From Eledone cirrhosa (taxonomy: Eukaryota): 64,000 nucleotides of DNA. The DNA is taken from assembly GCA_964016885.1 (NCBI GenBank), contig OZ024742.1, positions 237,646,001-237,710,000 of the forward strand, read 5' to 3'. Below the pieces are notes generated by a model that was not told the DNA's origin, ran no database searches, and saw only the letters and a list, made by a program, of their open reading frames with translations. Both the position numbers and the translations under genes were made by a program. This document shows, piece after piece, positions 1 to 14,200 of this stretch (its first letter is position 1; every line of letters starts with the position of its first letter).

Positions 1-953
1 TAACGATGGTCAACCCTATCGAAAGCCTTAGACTGATTCAAGTTGATCAGGGCCCCACCGAAGCCGGGTTTACACCCTACCCTCTCTATGATGTATCGCA
101 TGAGGTGGAGGCTGTCGTGTATGGACCTGGTCGGGATTGCGCATGTCTGCGCTTCTCCCACCAGGTTCTCAATGACAAGTGCCAGCCTCTTTGCCAACAC
201 CTTGGCCAAAATCTGTAACTCTGTGTTTAGCAGAGTTATGGGCCGGAAGTTGCCTATGTCATCCCCCTTCTTCTCGTCCTTCCTGATTAGTGTGACCACG
301 CCCTCGTTTACAGAACTGGGAATTCTCCCCTTCTGTTGCCAGTTGCAGTAGACCGCTTCCAGGAGACCGGAGAATAAGTCCGGCCTTGCTACGTATAATT
401 CGTAGGGTAGACCGTCGAGACCTGGAGATTTGCGTTTGCCGCATTGGCTCAGCGCGTCCCCTATCTCAGCGGCTGAAATCGGCTTTTCGCAGAACTTTGC
501 CTCGCTGTCCAAGAGTCGCGGTAGGCCGTCGAGGTATGGACCGAAATCCATAGCCTCTCCCGGCACGCCGCCCCTCCCGAAAAGTTGAGCAAAGTGCCGC
601 TGGAAAGCCGCACACATCTGCTTCGGCTCACGTATCACGCGTCCGTTTTGGTCCTTCAAAGACCGAATAGTGAACTTGTTGCCACTTTTTGCCTGGGTCA
701 CTCGGGCCCAGCTAACAGCTTTGGCTCCCTCGTTTCCCAGAGCACGTATTTTGCTTCTGACAACGCAGCCCTCGTGCTTTGCGTCGAAGAACTGGTCCAA
801 GACCGTTCTCGTTGCTAGCACGCTGGCTACGTTGCCACTTCTAATTGCCTCTTCTACTTTATCTACCAGTTCCTTCTCGGTTCTATTTCTATCTAACACT
901 AATTCTTTACTAAAAACTAACGAGTCTAATCTAACTGCCCTCTTGAGAGAGTA

Positions 954-1859
954 TCACCATCTGTTGTTGACAATGGCCCCTGTCAAGTGCTGTTTAACTA
1001 AAGTGCTAATCCGTCTACTGTAGGCTTTGCTTGTCGGTAACGACAAGTTCAGCTTCCAGTAGCCGGGTCCTTGTCTATGGGTTCTATCAAGGTTGGCCAT
1101 GCAGGTCACTAGTTTGTGATCTGAATAGGCAACCATGTACATTTGTGGACAGCTTAATATGTCCTTATCCTTATTTCTAACTAGAACCCTATCTAGGTAC
1201 GATCTAGATGTTCCGCTACGATAAGTCCACATCCACAGTGTCACAGTCGGAAAATCTAGTCGATATCTATCGGCCAGGTCAAATCGGTCGATTAACTGTT
1301 TGAGGCTGTTACACCCCCCTTTATCGGGACATGCTCCCACATAGTCCCAACGTGCATCTAGGATTCCATTCCAGTCCCCCACTAAAAGCAAGGAGCGGGA
1401 CGTTCCCAGAAAAGTCTCTAGACGTTTGAAGAAATCTGGCCGTGGTGTCCCGGATGGGGCATATGCAGCCACCAGCCTAAAGGCTCCACCTTCACTACCG
1501 TCAACGTTTAGGACCTCCAGTCGACCCTCCGGGTCCAGATGTACCGTCTGTGTTACGAGGCCCAGGTGTTTCCACAGCAAAACGGCAACTCCGCCCCCAC
1601 CCCCCGGTTGACAGAGAGATGCGTAGATCTCAAAGTCATCGAAGATGGGGGCCAGCTGTCGCTCGCTGTGGATCCTGGACTCGAAAATGGCTACCACATC
1701 CATACTGTGCGACCTGAGGTCGTTTAAGAGTTTTCCCCGTTTCCAGGGCATCCCCGGGCCGCGTACGTTCACACATCCATCTCTTATTTTGGGCCTAGTT
1801 GGTGCTGAAAAGTTAAAAGAGGAAAAGAGATCACTCACCCTTCGTCTCCTGGGGACCAT
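954..1859 (-). pseudogene. LINE ORF2 apurinic-type endonuclease domain
   Basis: Motifs CVNVRG, AIFES, GGGVAVLL, AAYAP, LVGDWN, SYLDRVLV, YSDHK, GPGYWKLN. Confidence 0.92.
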
Positions 1860-2639
1860 GCTGCACGATTTCCATGGGGGTGTTGGAGGGGTTGTCTGGG
1901 TGGGTGGTGGTTTCCGGCGGGGTGGGGACGGAGATGTTTGGTGGGATGGGGTCTGGTGGGATGGGGGTGTCTTGGGTGGGGAGACATTTGAGAAGGACGC
2001 GGTTAAGTGGTTTCACGCAGGAATTCCCCACATCCTTTTCAAATGTTTCTTTTAGGGACCTATAAGTTTGTATAGGGACCCTAATCAGTTTTAGGTTCAG
2101 TCTTTTGTTATTTTTAGTAGAGTGGGCGAAAGTTTTCCCTTCGGTTTTCACCGAAGGGTCGTTCGTGATGGTCTCCATTAGTGTTTTGTTTTCAGTGTTT
2201 ATGTAAGTGTAAGTGTAATTTTGTTGTGTTGTGTTTGTTTTTGTCTGTAGTTCTTGCGTGTGCTTTCGTTTTGTTGTAGGTATTGTTTTCAAGAGGTGGG
2301 GGTTTTGTTTGTGATGTTTTTGTTGTTTGTGTTGGTGGTTGTATGTTTGTGGTAGTGTTTGCTGGTTTTTTGCTTTTCTGATGTCTTCTTTCTTTTCGAG
2401 CGATGGGGTTCTCCCTCGTCTTCACTGGGTGATGGCGAGATAGCCTCATCCGTGGTATCGTCTGTGTGATTGTGGAGGGGTATGTCTTGGGGAGCTGTTG
2501 TCTCTGTATGTGATTTTGCAGTGGTTTTAAGTGGAGTGGGTTTGGGTGGGACTGTGTTTGTTGTGGTTATTTTTGTGTGTTGGTGTTGTTGTTGTGGTAG
2601 TGTTGGTGGTTGTCGGCAGAAGAGCCTTTTTTTGACTCA

Positions 2640-3907
2640 TTAATTCAGGACAGGAAGCCCTCAAGTGACCCCTGCTAAAGCAATGGTAACATGAGGGCCG
2701 CCTACCCTCAACCGAAAAGTTTATTTAGATGAGTCCGTCCAGGAGTACACGTTGTGGGATCATAGCTATTCGCTCTGGGCTCATTTGCACCAGAACTTCA
2801 ACGCTAGTCCCATTGAATACATCTCTGGGGGACTTTCCTACTGACAGTATTCTGTCTTCATCAAAATTGATGAAGCCGCACAGTATCCACCATATGTTCA
2901 CCTTTGGTGTGACACTCGTGATTTTAATCTTTTGTGTCCTTTTTCCCCATGTATGTAGGGAAAAATGTATACAGGTTGGATACAATTGGTGATACAGAGT
3001 AATTTTGGGCCGTCAATTGATCCTTCATGAGTACCGAAATACTCCCAAAGAGTTTGCTTCTTTGAATGAATGCAATATCATTCATTGAATTTTTGAAAAC
3101 CAGTTTAATTTCTTTCTGTGACAATTGGACTGGTTTTCGGGTAGAATTGGAAACTGTCCTAAAAACTATCGTTTTGAGAGCAGTTTCCTTGCGAATTTCT
3201 ACCGGAAAATTGATGCTGAAAGCACTATTTTTTTCAAAAGTGACATATCTCCTAGCGTCCTTTAAAAGTTGTTCGGCATTTGTTATGTCGAGATATATCA
3301 ATTCCTCCTTTTTTTGAACTTTCTGTGCAAAGGAGACTTTTGGTTTCTTTGTGGAATTATCCGTGTTGGTGGTGTTGTCATTATTGTTGTTATTGTTGTT
3401 GTTATTCTTGTTGATATTATTCTTGTTGACATTTTTCGTATTTTCCTTGGTGTTGGTATTGTTGTTGTCTTTGATGCTGATGTTATTGGTGTTGTCTTTA
3501 TTTTTTTCTTTGTTGTTGTTGTCATTGTTGTTTTTATCATCATTATTGGTGTTGTTATTTTTGTTGTCATTGAACTGTTTGGTGTCATTTGTGTTGTTTG
3601 GATATGAATTTGTTTTTACATTTTCATTTCGTCTTTCCATCTCCATAGTATCTAGGGAAGAAGACGATGTTGACTGCGAGCTATGTAGTCTTACCGACTC
3701 TCCACCACCATTATCGTTGAATGCAGCGTTCATAACGTAATCAAACTTCTTACGATATTTTTTCCAAAATTCGATGGAGAAAAATTTTTCAAACGAATAT
3801 TTCGCCCCTGTAGGGGCGAAAATGAGTTGACCCTCCACCTGAAGGTCCAGACGAGGGGGGTGGGGGGTCAAGTTGCACAATAATATAAAATTTAACTGAA
3901 AACTCAC
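2640..3907 (-). pseudogene. LINE ORF1 (Asn-rich region plus gag-like zinc knuckle), split by frameshifts
   Basis: ORFs 2924-3907 and 2725-2985 lead into GRRPSCYHCFSRGHLRASC; homologous to 46188-46870. Confidence 0.8.
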
Positions 3908-3962
3908 GTTTTTTTCTTACATAAAATAACGGAAACTTCTCCGCGAAGTTACACACGTCTGG

Positions 3963-4025
<63 letters not shown>
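3963..4025. repeat. (GATA)n microsatellite
   Basis: Direct reading. Confidence 0.98.
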
Positions 4026-4026
<1 letters not shown>

Positions 4027-4316
4027 GGTTGTTTGGGGTTTATGAATAAGGTGAATATATGAATGAAAGAGCCGAGAATGTTGTGTTTTTGGCGTGTCGG
4101 CATCTCAGCAATAATAATAACATATATATATATGTGTGTGTGTGTGTCTGTGTCTGTGTCTGTGTGTGTGTATGTGTGTGTGTGTGTATATATATATATA
4201 CATATTTCATATTATAGATTATATATATATATATATATATAGATTATATATATATATATATACATATTTGATAATATAGATTATGTATGTATGTATATAT
4301 ATATATATATATACAT

Positions 4317-5837
<1,521 letters not shown>

Positions 5838-6075
5838 GACGGTCTCTAACATCTGTATATTTAGAATGCACTGTTAGCTCAAATCTAAAGATAAATTTTA
5901 TTGTATAGTATATAGCATTGAAACAAAACATTATTAATGTTATTTTTCTTAATATTTAAAATTAAGTCTGACAAACCATATTGATGCAGTTAGTATTTTT
6001 TCACCCTAGCAAACTCGGTCTTTACGATTCGAACACATGTTTGTTTATATTAGTGTTCATCTCTCTTGTTTATTC

Positions 6076-6119
<44 letters not shown>

Positions 6120-6124
<5 letters not shown>

Positions 6125-6305
6125 AACCAGTAAGACCCCGACAGCTGAGCTCAAGCCGTTTCGACGGCTAATTCGAATTAGCCGTCGAAACGGCTTGAGC
6201 TCAGCTGTCGGGGTCTTACTGGTTCCTATTATCCACTCTACTACCTCAAGTATTGAGTACTTTGGTGCGTTATGGTCCACCTGGTTCCTTACCACATTTC
6301 CTTCG

Positions 6306-6307
<2 letters not shown>
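6120..6307 (+). mobile_element. Hairpin-plus-tail miniature element, copy A (perfect 110-bp palindrome 6120-6229 plus 78-bp tail) in (TA)n
   Basis: Palindrome centred on TTCGAA 6172-6177; homologues at 25451-25607 and 41410-41610. Confidence 0.85.
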
Positions 6308-6341
<34 letters not shown>

Positions 6342-6625
6342 GTAGATAGATAGAGAGAGAGGGTAGTCATGAGAAATACATAATGTTTCCAAATAAATTC
6401 CTTTTATTGAATTTTAACGACATGAGAAGTAGACGATAAAACGAAAACAAATTACCTGTGATATCCCCAAAGTACGAGAATCATTTGAAGCCGATATTAC
6501 AGTTGTATTGCTCATATGTACATATTTCTACCGTGGGCGCAGCTTCATAAATTCCCGGGTTCGATCCTAATGCGTGGCATTTGGGAAAGTGTCTTTTATT
6601 ACAAGCCTTGGGTCGAAGCAAGGCT

Positions 6626-6847
6626 TGTAGGTGAAACTTGGTAGATAGAAATTGGATGGAAGTTTGTCAGATGGATTATACCTCTAATTTAAAGCGTCAG
6701 TTAAGTCCACGTGGCTGAGTATTCCATTATCATACTTGTCTGTGAAATTCAGCGTGACAGTGTACGATAATGCTGACGCTTTAAATTAGAAGTATAATCC
6801 ATCTGACAAGCTTCCATCCAATTTCTGTCTATCAAGTTTCACCTACA
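6626..6847. repeat. 75-bp inverted duplication inside an old SINE-like repeat (6626-6700 / 6773-6847)
   Basis: TGTAGGTGAAACTTG...AAAGCGTCAG versus CTGACGCTTT...CAAGTTTCACCTACA. Confidence 0.85.
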
Positions 6848-7279
6848 CGTTAAGTCCACGAGCAAGCTATTCAGCTGTGCTGACTGGAACATTCACAACA
6901 CTCAAATATATTGGTGCTGTTGTTATTGTTGCTGCTACAATCGCCCACAAAGGCATCCTAGATCAGAACTTTCCAAATTTTCCGCATTGGTGATACACTT
7001 TTTTTAAAATATAATTTTTCGTGATACATTGATGGATTCTCCATCGATTTCTATGATGAGCATTCAGTTGTTCAATTAACTGAATGTCTAACACGTGATT
7101 AACATGTAAGTGGTTGAGTATTCCACAGGCACTTTGTAGCCAAACGTAAATTACTCTGAAGTGCAGGTGCAAGCTGTCCGAAGGTTGGACTTCCATACAG
7201 TTACTATCTTTTTAATTTTTCGAACAAGGTTGAGTTGATATTTGAATTTATATATTAATAGCATTAATACGAATATAAA

Positions 7280-7640
7280 CCTCACCATCACGGGCACGCA
7301 GCTGGACGGCGATTGCTTGTACATCGATGTTTCCCTGAGGTTCGGCCTCCGTATCTGTGAGGCTCATAAATGCCAATGCGGTATCATTGTGGATCTTTCG
7401 GTCTCTACCCACTGTCATGCAGTTCCAGTGTTGGCCACCTCTCTCATCATACTGCACTCAACGAGCTCATAAAGCATAGCCTGGAAGTGGCAGGTTTCCC
7501 TTCCCAACTCAAACCAGCCGGGTTGAACCGACGGGACGACAATCTTCCCGTTCCATGGGGGTTGGCCCCTCATCTGGGATACTACATGCTCTGACACCTT
7601 TTCTTGTGGTAACCTGATAGGTTTGCAGTAGAGCCTGTAG
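7280..7640 (+). pseudogene. Relic C-terminus (zinc finger plus restriction-like endonuclease) of a CRE-like RLE LINE
   Basis: LRFGLRICEAHKCQCG...LSCSSSVGHLSHHTALNELIKHSLEVAGFPSQLKPAGLNR resembles the LGLPIC..H.C.CG..HGLSC...RH.ALN..IKR.L..AG.P..LEP.GL.R.DG pattern. Confidence 0.75.
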
Positions 7641-8061
7641 CAGTAGAGATTAAGTTAGTTGGTGTTGGAGGATATTCGTTCGGACGTCACACATATACAC
7701 ACGTACACAAAATAGATAAAAAGAGAAAGCAATTGTGTCAACAAGATACCAAAGTTTGCATGCTTATTTCTCATGTCAATAGCACCAATGATGAACAAAG
7801 ATGTGTTCACTATTGATAATGTCATCATCAAGGACAAACGCCAGCGATCAAAAACCTTAGTAACGCAGGTGATGACGTCATCACTAGCGATAATATTATG
7901 ATTCACCGCAGATACTAGTGAAACATTTAGAGAAGGCGCCACTGGCGCCAGCAACTCACCACTTGTACCGATTTTGTTTTATTATATATAAAAAGTACCA
8001 GTAATCTACTGGGTATTTGTTGGCTTTGTGCCAAAAGTAGAAACAATTATATATTTGGGAC

Positions 8062-8252
8062 GGTGGTGGATTGGCAGTATCGGCAGAGAGTCTGACGCCA
8101 TGCTTTGCAGCAAAGAGTTACGGCCCTTTATGGTCTGAGTGCAATCCCACCGAGGTTAACTTTGCCTTTCATCCTTACGGGGTCGATAAAATAAAGTACC
8201 AGTAATACACTGGGATAATTTCTGGCCTTGTGCCAAAAGTAGAAACAATTAT
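8062..8252 (+). mobile_element. tRNA-derived SINE (family 1, Deu/Nin-like core)
   Basis: A-box-like TGGCAGTATCGG, degenerate B-box, core TTTGCCTTTCATCCTTACGGGGTCGATAAAATAAAGTACCAG, tail GTAGAAACAATTAT. Confidence 0.85.
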
Positions 8253-9046
8253 ATATTTGGTACAAATCACTGACGAAGGGAGTCTATTCCTTCTCCCCTC
8301 ACCATAGGCGCCATTGGTGTTAGGTAAGGAGGGATAGACTAACGGACAGTTGATTATGGTCATTTCTGGTGAAGATGGTGTCGGTTCCTCTGATGTAAAG
8401 GGGACATTGTTTATAAATATCCTGTTGGCCACTGTGTATATTCCTCATGATTATATACCCAAATCGTTTGTTCTACGTAGTTGTTGACGGTTGAAATTGC
8501 ATGAAGGTTTTTTTTATCATTGCAATGTCTTTTTGTTTTTTGGATCGAATTTTTATTTATGAGTATTGAATTTAATAAGAAAGGGGGTGGGGAACCCCAC
8601 AATGTCAACACTAAACCCGGAGAAAGTTGTACCAACGGTAAGTGGAGAAGGAATAGCATTTCATCCATGGAAATCCGTTGGTGAAATTTATAATATAATA
8701 TAATAGGCGCAAGTGGTGATACGCTGACGTCAATGTGCTTTCTTTAATTTTTCCATTTGTATCTGTGGTTATTTTTCAAATGATCATTTGTACTAACGTT
8801 ATCACCGCGCTTCTAACTTTCTTGATCGCTGACGTAGGTCCGCTCGTTATGATGTAATCAATAGCGCTGATGATCATTACGCTGTCGATAAAATAAAGTA
8901 CCAGTCAAGCACTAAATCAGCCTAAATCAGAAACCAACTTTGCCTTTCATCCTTATGGGGTCGATAAAATAAAGTTCCAGTAATATACTGAGTAATTGCT
9001 GGCCTTGTGCCAAAAGTAGAAACAATTATTGCTATTATTATGAATA

Positions 9047-9675
9047 TCTATATACTACTAAACCTCTGTGGCTGCTTACTTGCTTCCTTGTCTGTAATGT
9101 AATAGAGCCAAAAGGGCGCATAATGGAAAAATACTTGAAAGGAATTTGACCCCGAAATGGGAATACAAATGGAATAAAACAAGTTTCGCATAAATCGGAT
9201 CACCGGTTCCCGAGATATGGGGCTTTCTGTGTACCTTCATAAACAGAGAGAGAGAGAGAGAGAGAGATAGTGGTTGTGAAAGAGTAGATTGAAAGAGAGA
9301 CATAGAGAGAGAGAGAGAGAGGAGACAGAGAAGGAGAATGGAAGAGACAGAGACAGCTAGTGGTGTTGTGTATATATATGTGAGTGTGTGTGTATATATA
9401 TATATGTGTGTGTATATGTGTGTGCGAGTCTATGACCAGTGTATATAGATCACAGACACCCACATATACACACACACATACATATATATGTATACACACG
9501 CACATATTTATATATATATACATACACACACGTATATATGGGCCTTCTAGTTTCATTTCACATTATATACATGTCTGTGTATATTTTGATTATTTAAAAA
9601 TTATTTTTAAGTGAACATGATTTTAAAAAAAACATTTTGAAATGAACGTGACCCAATGGGTCACGGGTGGTCTAG
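9047..9675 (+). mobile_element. Non-autonomous Helitron
   Basis: 5' TC (TCTATATACTA) preceded by A; subterminal hairpin CGTGACCCAATGGGTCACG 9647-9665; 3' CTAG 9672-9675 followed by T. Confidence 0.85.
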
Positions 9676-9719
9676 TATAGATATAAATATCAAAATATTA
9701 GAAATAGAGAAAAGAAGAT

Positions 9720-12030
9720 GTCATTGATGACGTAATGACCGGTGAGCTAGCGCCAGCGGTTGCAAAAGTTATGAACACTGACATATAAAGGGCGGTAATT
9801 TATGTTTAAGTTTTGTTACTTTATTTAAAAACGTAGCCACGTTGTTATTTCTTCGTTGTCTTCTTGATTTTAAAATTATTGATGGTGACAATAGCTCGTC
9901 CTGCATGACTAGCAGACTTTTTGATTTTGTCTGATACACTGTGGAGTGTATTCATTAGGTATATATTTGTCGGTGTATGGCTTCGAAATCGTTAGCCACA
10001 TTAATGTGTTTAGTTCAATTATTCCCCATGCCTTTAGTTTGGGAATTGATTTCCTGGTCTCTTTTTAGTAGACCCTGTTTAATATTGCCTTGCATTCATT
10101 CATTATTGTGTTCCATGGCTCTACATTGCATTTGGATAAACATGGAGTCCTCTTCAAAATTCTCTTTGCTTGGTGTTTTATATTTGTATATGTTAGTGTT
10201 CCCTCTAATATACACATTGTCTCTTCTAAATTGTTTTTGGCAAAGCCCATTTCATCAGTATATGAAAAAGAATTCTCTATACACGAGTCTGGCATCTCAT
10301 TCTACCGCAGTTCAAGCCGTTATTTACGATTTTAACTGGTAAGAATTTTGTCAGTGTTGCTGACTGCAGGTATGTGGGACTCGTTAATTCTTGGGTTAAT
10401 CTTGTGGTATATATCAAAAGTATCCTTCGAAGATTTGTTCATATTAAAGTTGTGGCACGTTATCCAATCGCAGAAAATATTCAACGAAGTTAATGGAAAA
10501 ATATTCTTTATGTTTGTTGAATTTGTTCTGATATTGGTATGACTTTTGTTTCGATTTGTATCTCTGTCTCTGCACTGTGCATATATATTTCTTGATGGAT
10601 CTATACATGCTGTCTCGTGTTTCTTCATATTTTAGTTTTGAGGTATTTTTCATGATGTGGATTGTCTCCCCCATATCTGTGGAGCTGTATTTTTCATTAA
10701 TGATTTAATGAAATCATATCTTTGGTCTATCAGTGTCGTTTGTTTTTGCTATTACATAGTCGTCATACTCTTCGCTTGTTTAAATCTTGTTTTATACATG
10801 TGTTGCTGAAGCACCAGCATCTGTGAGTCTGAACTCGAAACGTTTGCGCATGTTGCCAATATTTTAGGTGGATCCTACTTCAGGTATTCTGTGAAGCCGT
10901 ATGTGTTATATACTTTTTGTCGTGTCTTTTCGTATGGTTTTTTATTTTCGTTCGTTTATGAGTAACTTCTTCGGCATGGCAAAACTCTACAAATTGGAAG
11001 GATGTTTCTTATACATGGAAAGGATTTGGAAGTGCAGCACATCATTAAAGTGTTTAATCTCCGTGTAGGCTTTTTTGTGGAACACCATAATCGAGGGGTT
11101 GTTTGTGACGAGTTGTAGTAAACAGTTTTTTTTCTCATTTGGTTTGAATCGTAGATTGTGTTTTGGGATGCTGGTGTGATTTTCTTCCCAAATGAATTCA
11201 TCAGCTTCTTCAAACCCGTACACCCTTGTGTAACCTTTTTAAATAGTTTTGTTTGTTGGGGTTGTTAAATATCTTTTCGTTGAAAGTTATTTTGGTACCT
11301 TGCTTGGTGCTGTCCATGGCTGATGTGATATGAAATGAGGGGGTTGTGGCTGTTTATATAGTGTAACGTGTGTATCTTGATGTCTCACCACCGTGTCAGC
11401 GTTTTGTTACTTTTTAATATATCTGCCGCTATGATATGTGAGCTTTTTAATCCCCCTGCTGAGATAAATGGTTCTCGGATTACATAGCCCGTTAACATCT
11501 GTTCCTTGCAGCTGGATGCTGTTACTGCATATCTGGTGTAGCGAAATTGTCATCGGTAGCAACTGTTGTTGCATCCTGATAAACGATGGAGATTGTGTAT
11601 GGGTGTAATCAATCTTCATACCGCGCCTCTATTTCTACGAAGTATGTAATTTCGCAAGTGAAAATGTAGACGCTGTGATGCTGGCTTTTACAACAAATGA
11701 GTAGTTGATTAAGATAGTCTCTGAAGGATCCTTTGATCTATAGAGGGCGTTATTTATACATGTCCTGCTGGCTACTGCGTATATTTCTCATGATCGTGTA
11801 CCAAAATCTGGTTCCTCGTTCGTTTTACGTAGTTGTTTTCGGTTGCAATTACGTGAGGCTATTTCAGTTTTGAGATGTTTTCTTTGTCGCATTGAATTCC
11901 TATTCTACTGGTATTTGCGGTTAAATTTCCCATTGAGTTCCCATTTCTACTGGTACCTGTGGTTAATTTTCAAATCATAACTTTCTTGATCGTTGGTACT
12001 GGTCAGCTGGTGATGACATCATCGCCAGTG
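9720..12030 (-). mobile_element. Old unclassified coding-like repeat, possibly PLE-related; partial paralogue at about 8400-8870
   Basis: Broken minus-strand ORFs with LQLVTNNPS and SMYKKHPSNL resembling PLE thumb-region motifs; 11750-12030 is homologous to 8400-8870. Confidence 0.35.
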
Positions 12031-12559
12031 AAACCATGGTGATGTATATATTGACAGGAATGCTATTTATAACAATATATGAATACAAATATCGACCCAA
12101 TACTTATAAGGAAATTGAGAAGATGTCCCGATGACGCCCCTACAACTCCACCAATTTATTTATTAGCGGTAACATGATTTCAGTGTGGAACCACATTTCC
12201 CAGTCCGGGGTCATAAAGGTAGTTCTAGGTTTATGTGAATTAAGTCCAAAATTCCATGCCCATCCAACAGCCAGTAGATTGGTGCATTCTTTCCAAAGTT
12301 CCAACGACTTTTGAACTATTACAATCCATAAGTAGCTCATATGATGGACTGAAGATTGAAAATGCCTGTCATTGTGAACTGTAATTAGTTCCATGAAACT
12401 ACAGATTTTCTCACTGGAGGATATTTTTATATCAAGTTTTCTTTGAATTCTACGAAAAACAGAGAATCGATGTCACCGCCAACATATATTTCATTCCACA
12501 CAAAAGTTCTTGAAAATAAAGCTGCCTGTGGCGAGATTACAACACTGTTAATTGTTTTC

Positions 12560-12595
<36 letters not shown>

Positions 12596-14200
12596 CGATT
12601 ATCTTTCAACTGTTAGTTGACATTACTATGGGAACTACTTGTTCACAAAAGATGCCTACATTTAGAATGGATCTCCATCACTTTAGACGAAGAGTATTCT
12701 AGCTGTTTAACTGACGGACCTGTTTGCTTGTGAAATTACGTGCATGAGTCTGAGAATTTCTCATATCACGTCTACATTTAGTTTAATTTTTCAGGTCATT
12801 CAGCGTAACACAGTATTCCACATGGCCATCCAAGTTTCCGTCTACCCAATTTCACTCATTAGGCATTCGTCGAACCGAGGCTATGATAGATGACACTTGT
12901 CCAAGATGCTAGATAATGGGATCGAACTCGGGGCTTTACGATTGCAAAGCAAACTTTAAATCATTTGGTCATGCTGCATCCATAGCACACGTGATATCAA
13001 TAGTTGACCCGTCTACATGGTGGAAGCTTTTATGCACTTTGTTGTAGTCACTTCTTAAAATTTGATTGGCCGATGGATTCACCGAATAGTAAGCAAACTT
13101 CTTAACCATTTGACCATGCTGCGTCCAATAGGCCTTGCTATACATTCATTAAATCTAACGCTTAGGTCGATGTATTGGCAGAATTGGTAGAGCGTTGGAC
13201 AAAATACTTTGCGGTATTTAATTACGAATTTCTACTTTCCGATTTAAAATACCGCTGAGGACAACTTTGTTTTTCATACTACCGAGTAATACAGTAACAG
13301 TTAAGTACTGGAGTCGATGTAATCGATGTTCCCCTTTCCCCAAGTTGCTGACCCAGTGTCGATGCTAGAAAAAAATCTCTACATGCTTGACGTATCTATT
13401 TGTTCTGTCTCTCTGTGTTCTGAGTTCAAATCCTGTCGAGGCTTACATGGGTGAGAACATTTAATCAGTTTCCCGATTAAACACCACCTCGTGAACTGTG
13501 AGCAGAGTGTTCTGATGCAAGCATTCGTTTCCGGTTTCAAATTTGAGAGTAACTTCCTTTCCCTCTCTCCCTTCAGCGGTGGATAAAATAAAATGCCAGC
13601 TCATGGTAGTAGATTGGCAAACTTGTTAGAACGTAGGTCGATATGCCTTGCGGTATTCGTACCGGCTCCTTGCGTTGTGAGTTCAAATCTTGCTGAAGCC
13701 TACCTCGCTGGTAGTGTTAATCTATCGCGTGATTTAAAACCACCACCCGACCTTTGTGTGTCTCCGATTTGAGGGTAGCTTCCTTCCTTCCTCTCACAAA
13801 TCTCAAAGGCTCTGAGGAAGAATCATGGGCAGGGTTCTTCTCCCCTTGACAAAACAATAAAGATAATCATAAATGTTAGTATATAATTGACAATGCAGTA
13901 AATAATTAGCTTAGTTAACATTTTGTCACAACCCATTACGTTCTACGTTCGAATCCCTCCGTAGTTAACTTTGCTTTCATCTTTCCATGCTCGGTAGAAT
14001 AACATAATCAAGTACCATTGAAGTATTGAGTCAATCTAATATTCCTATAACGCAGCGTAAGTCTGAATGTAGTTGGTATGGAACTCCGTCAGATGTTCGA
14101 CCTAGTGAATAGCCTGCTTCTGTAATTAACGTGTAAATGGCCGTGAATTACACAGGCACGCGTGTATTTAATGTAATTTTCATGAAGATTAAATGTGATA

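Larger units (their letters stand above)
1..3961 (-). mobile_element. Tx1/L1-clade non-LTR retrotransposon, copy 1 (5' end present, runs off window start; frameshifted)
   Basis: ORF1 with CX2CX4HX4C knuckle (CYHCFSRGHLRASC, about 2650-2691), APE endonuclease ORF 954-1859, RT motifs (KSPGLDGLPYE, NFRPITLLNTE, SKAFDRVDH) in 1-600; 5' end abuts (GATA)n at 3963-4025. Confidence 0.92.

Noticed and set aside
8440-8460. Shared TCATGAG (possible in-frame TGA) with 11788-11794 as recoding
   Set aside because: The reading frame is ambiguous; an alternative frame reads H-E in both copies.
12140-12394. Trp-rich 84-aa ORF as a host exon
   Set aside because: No recognisable domain or splice context.
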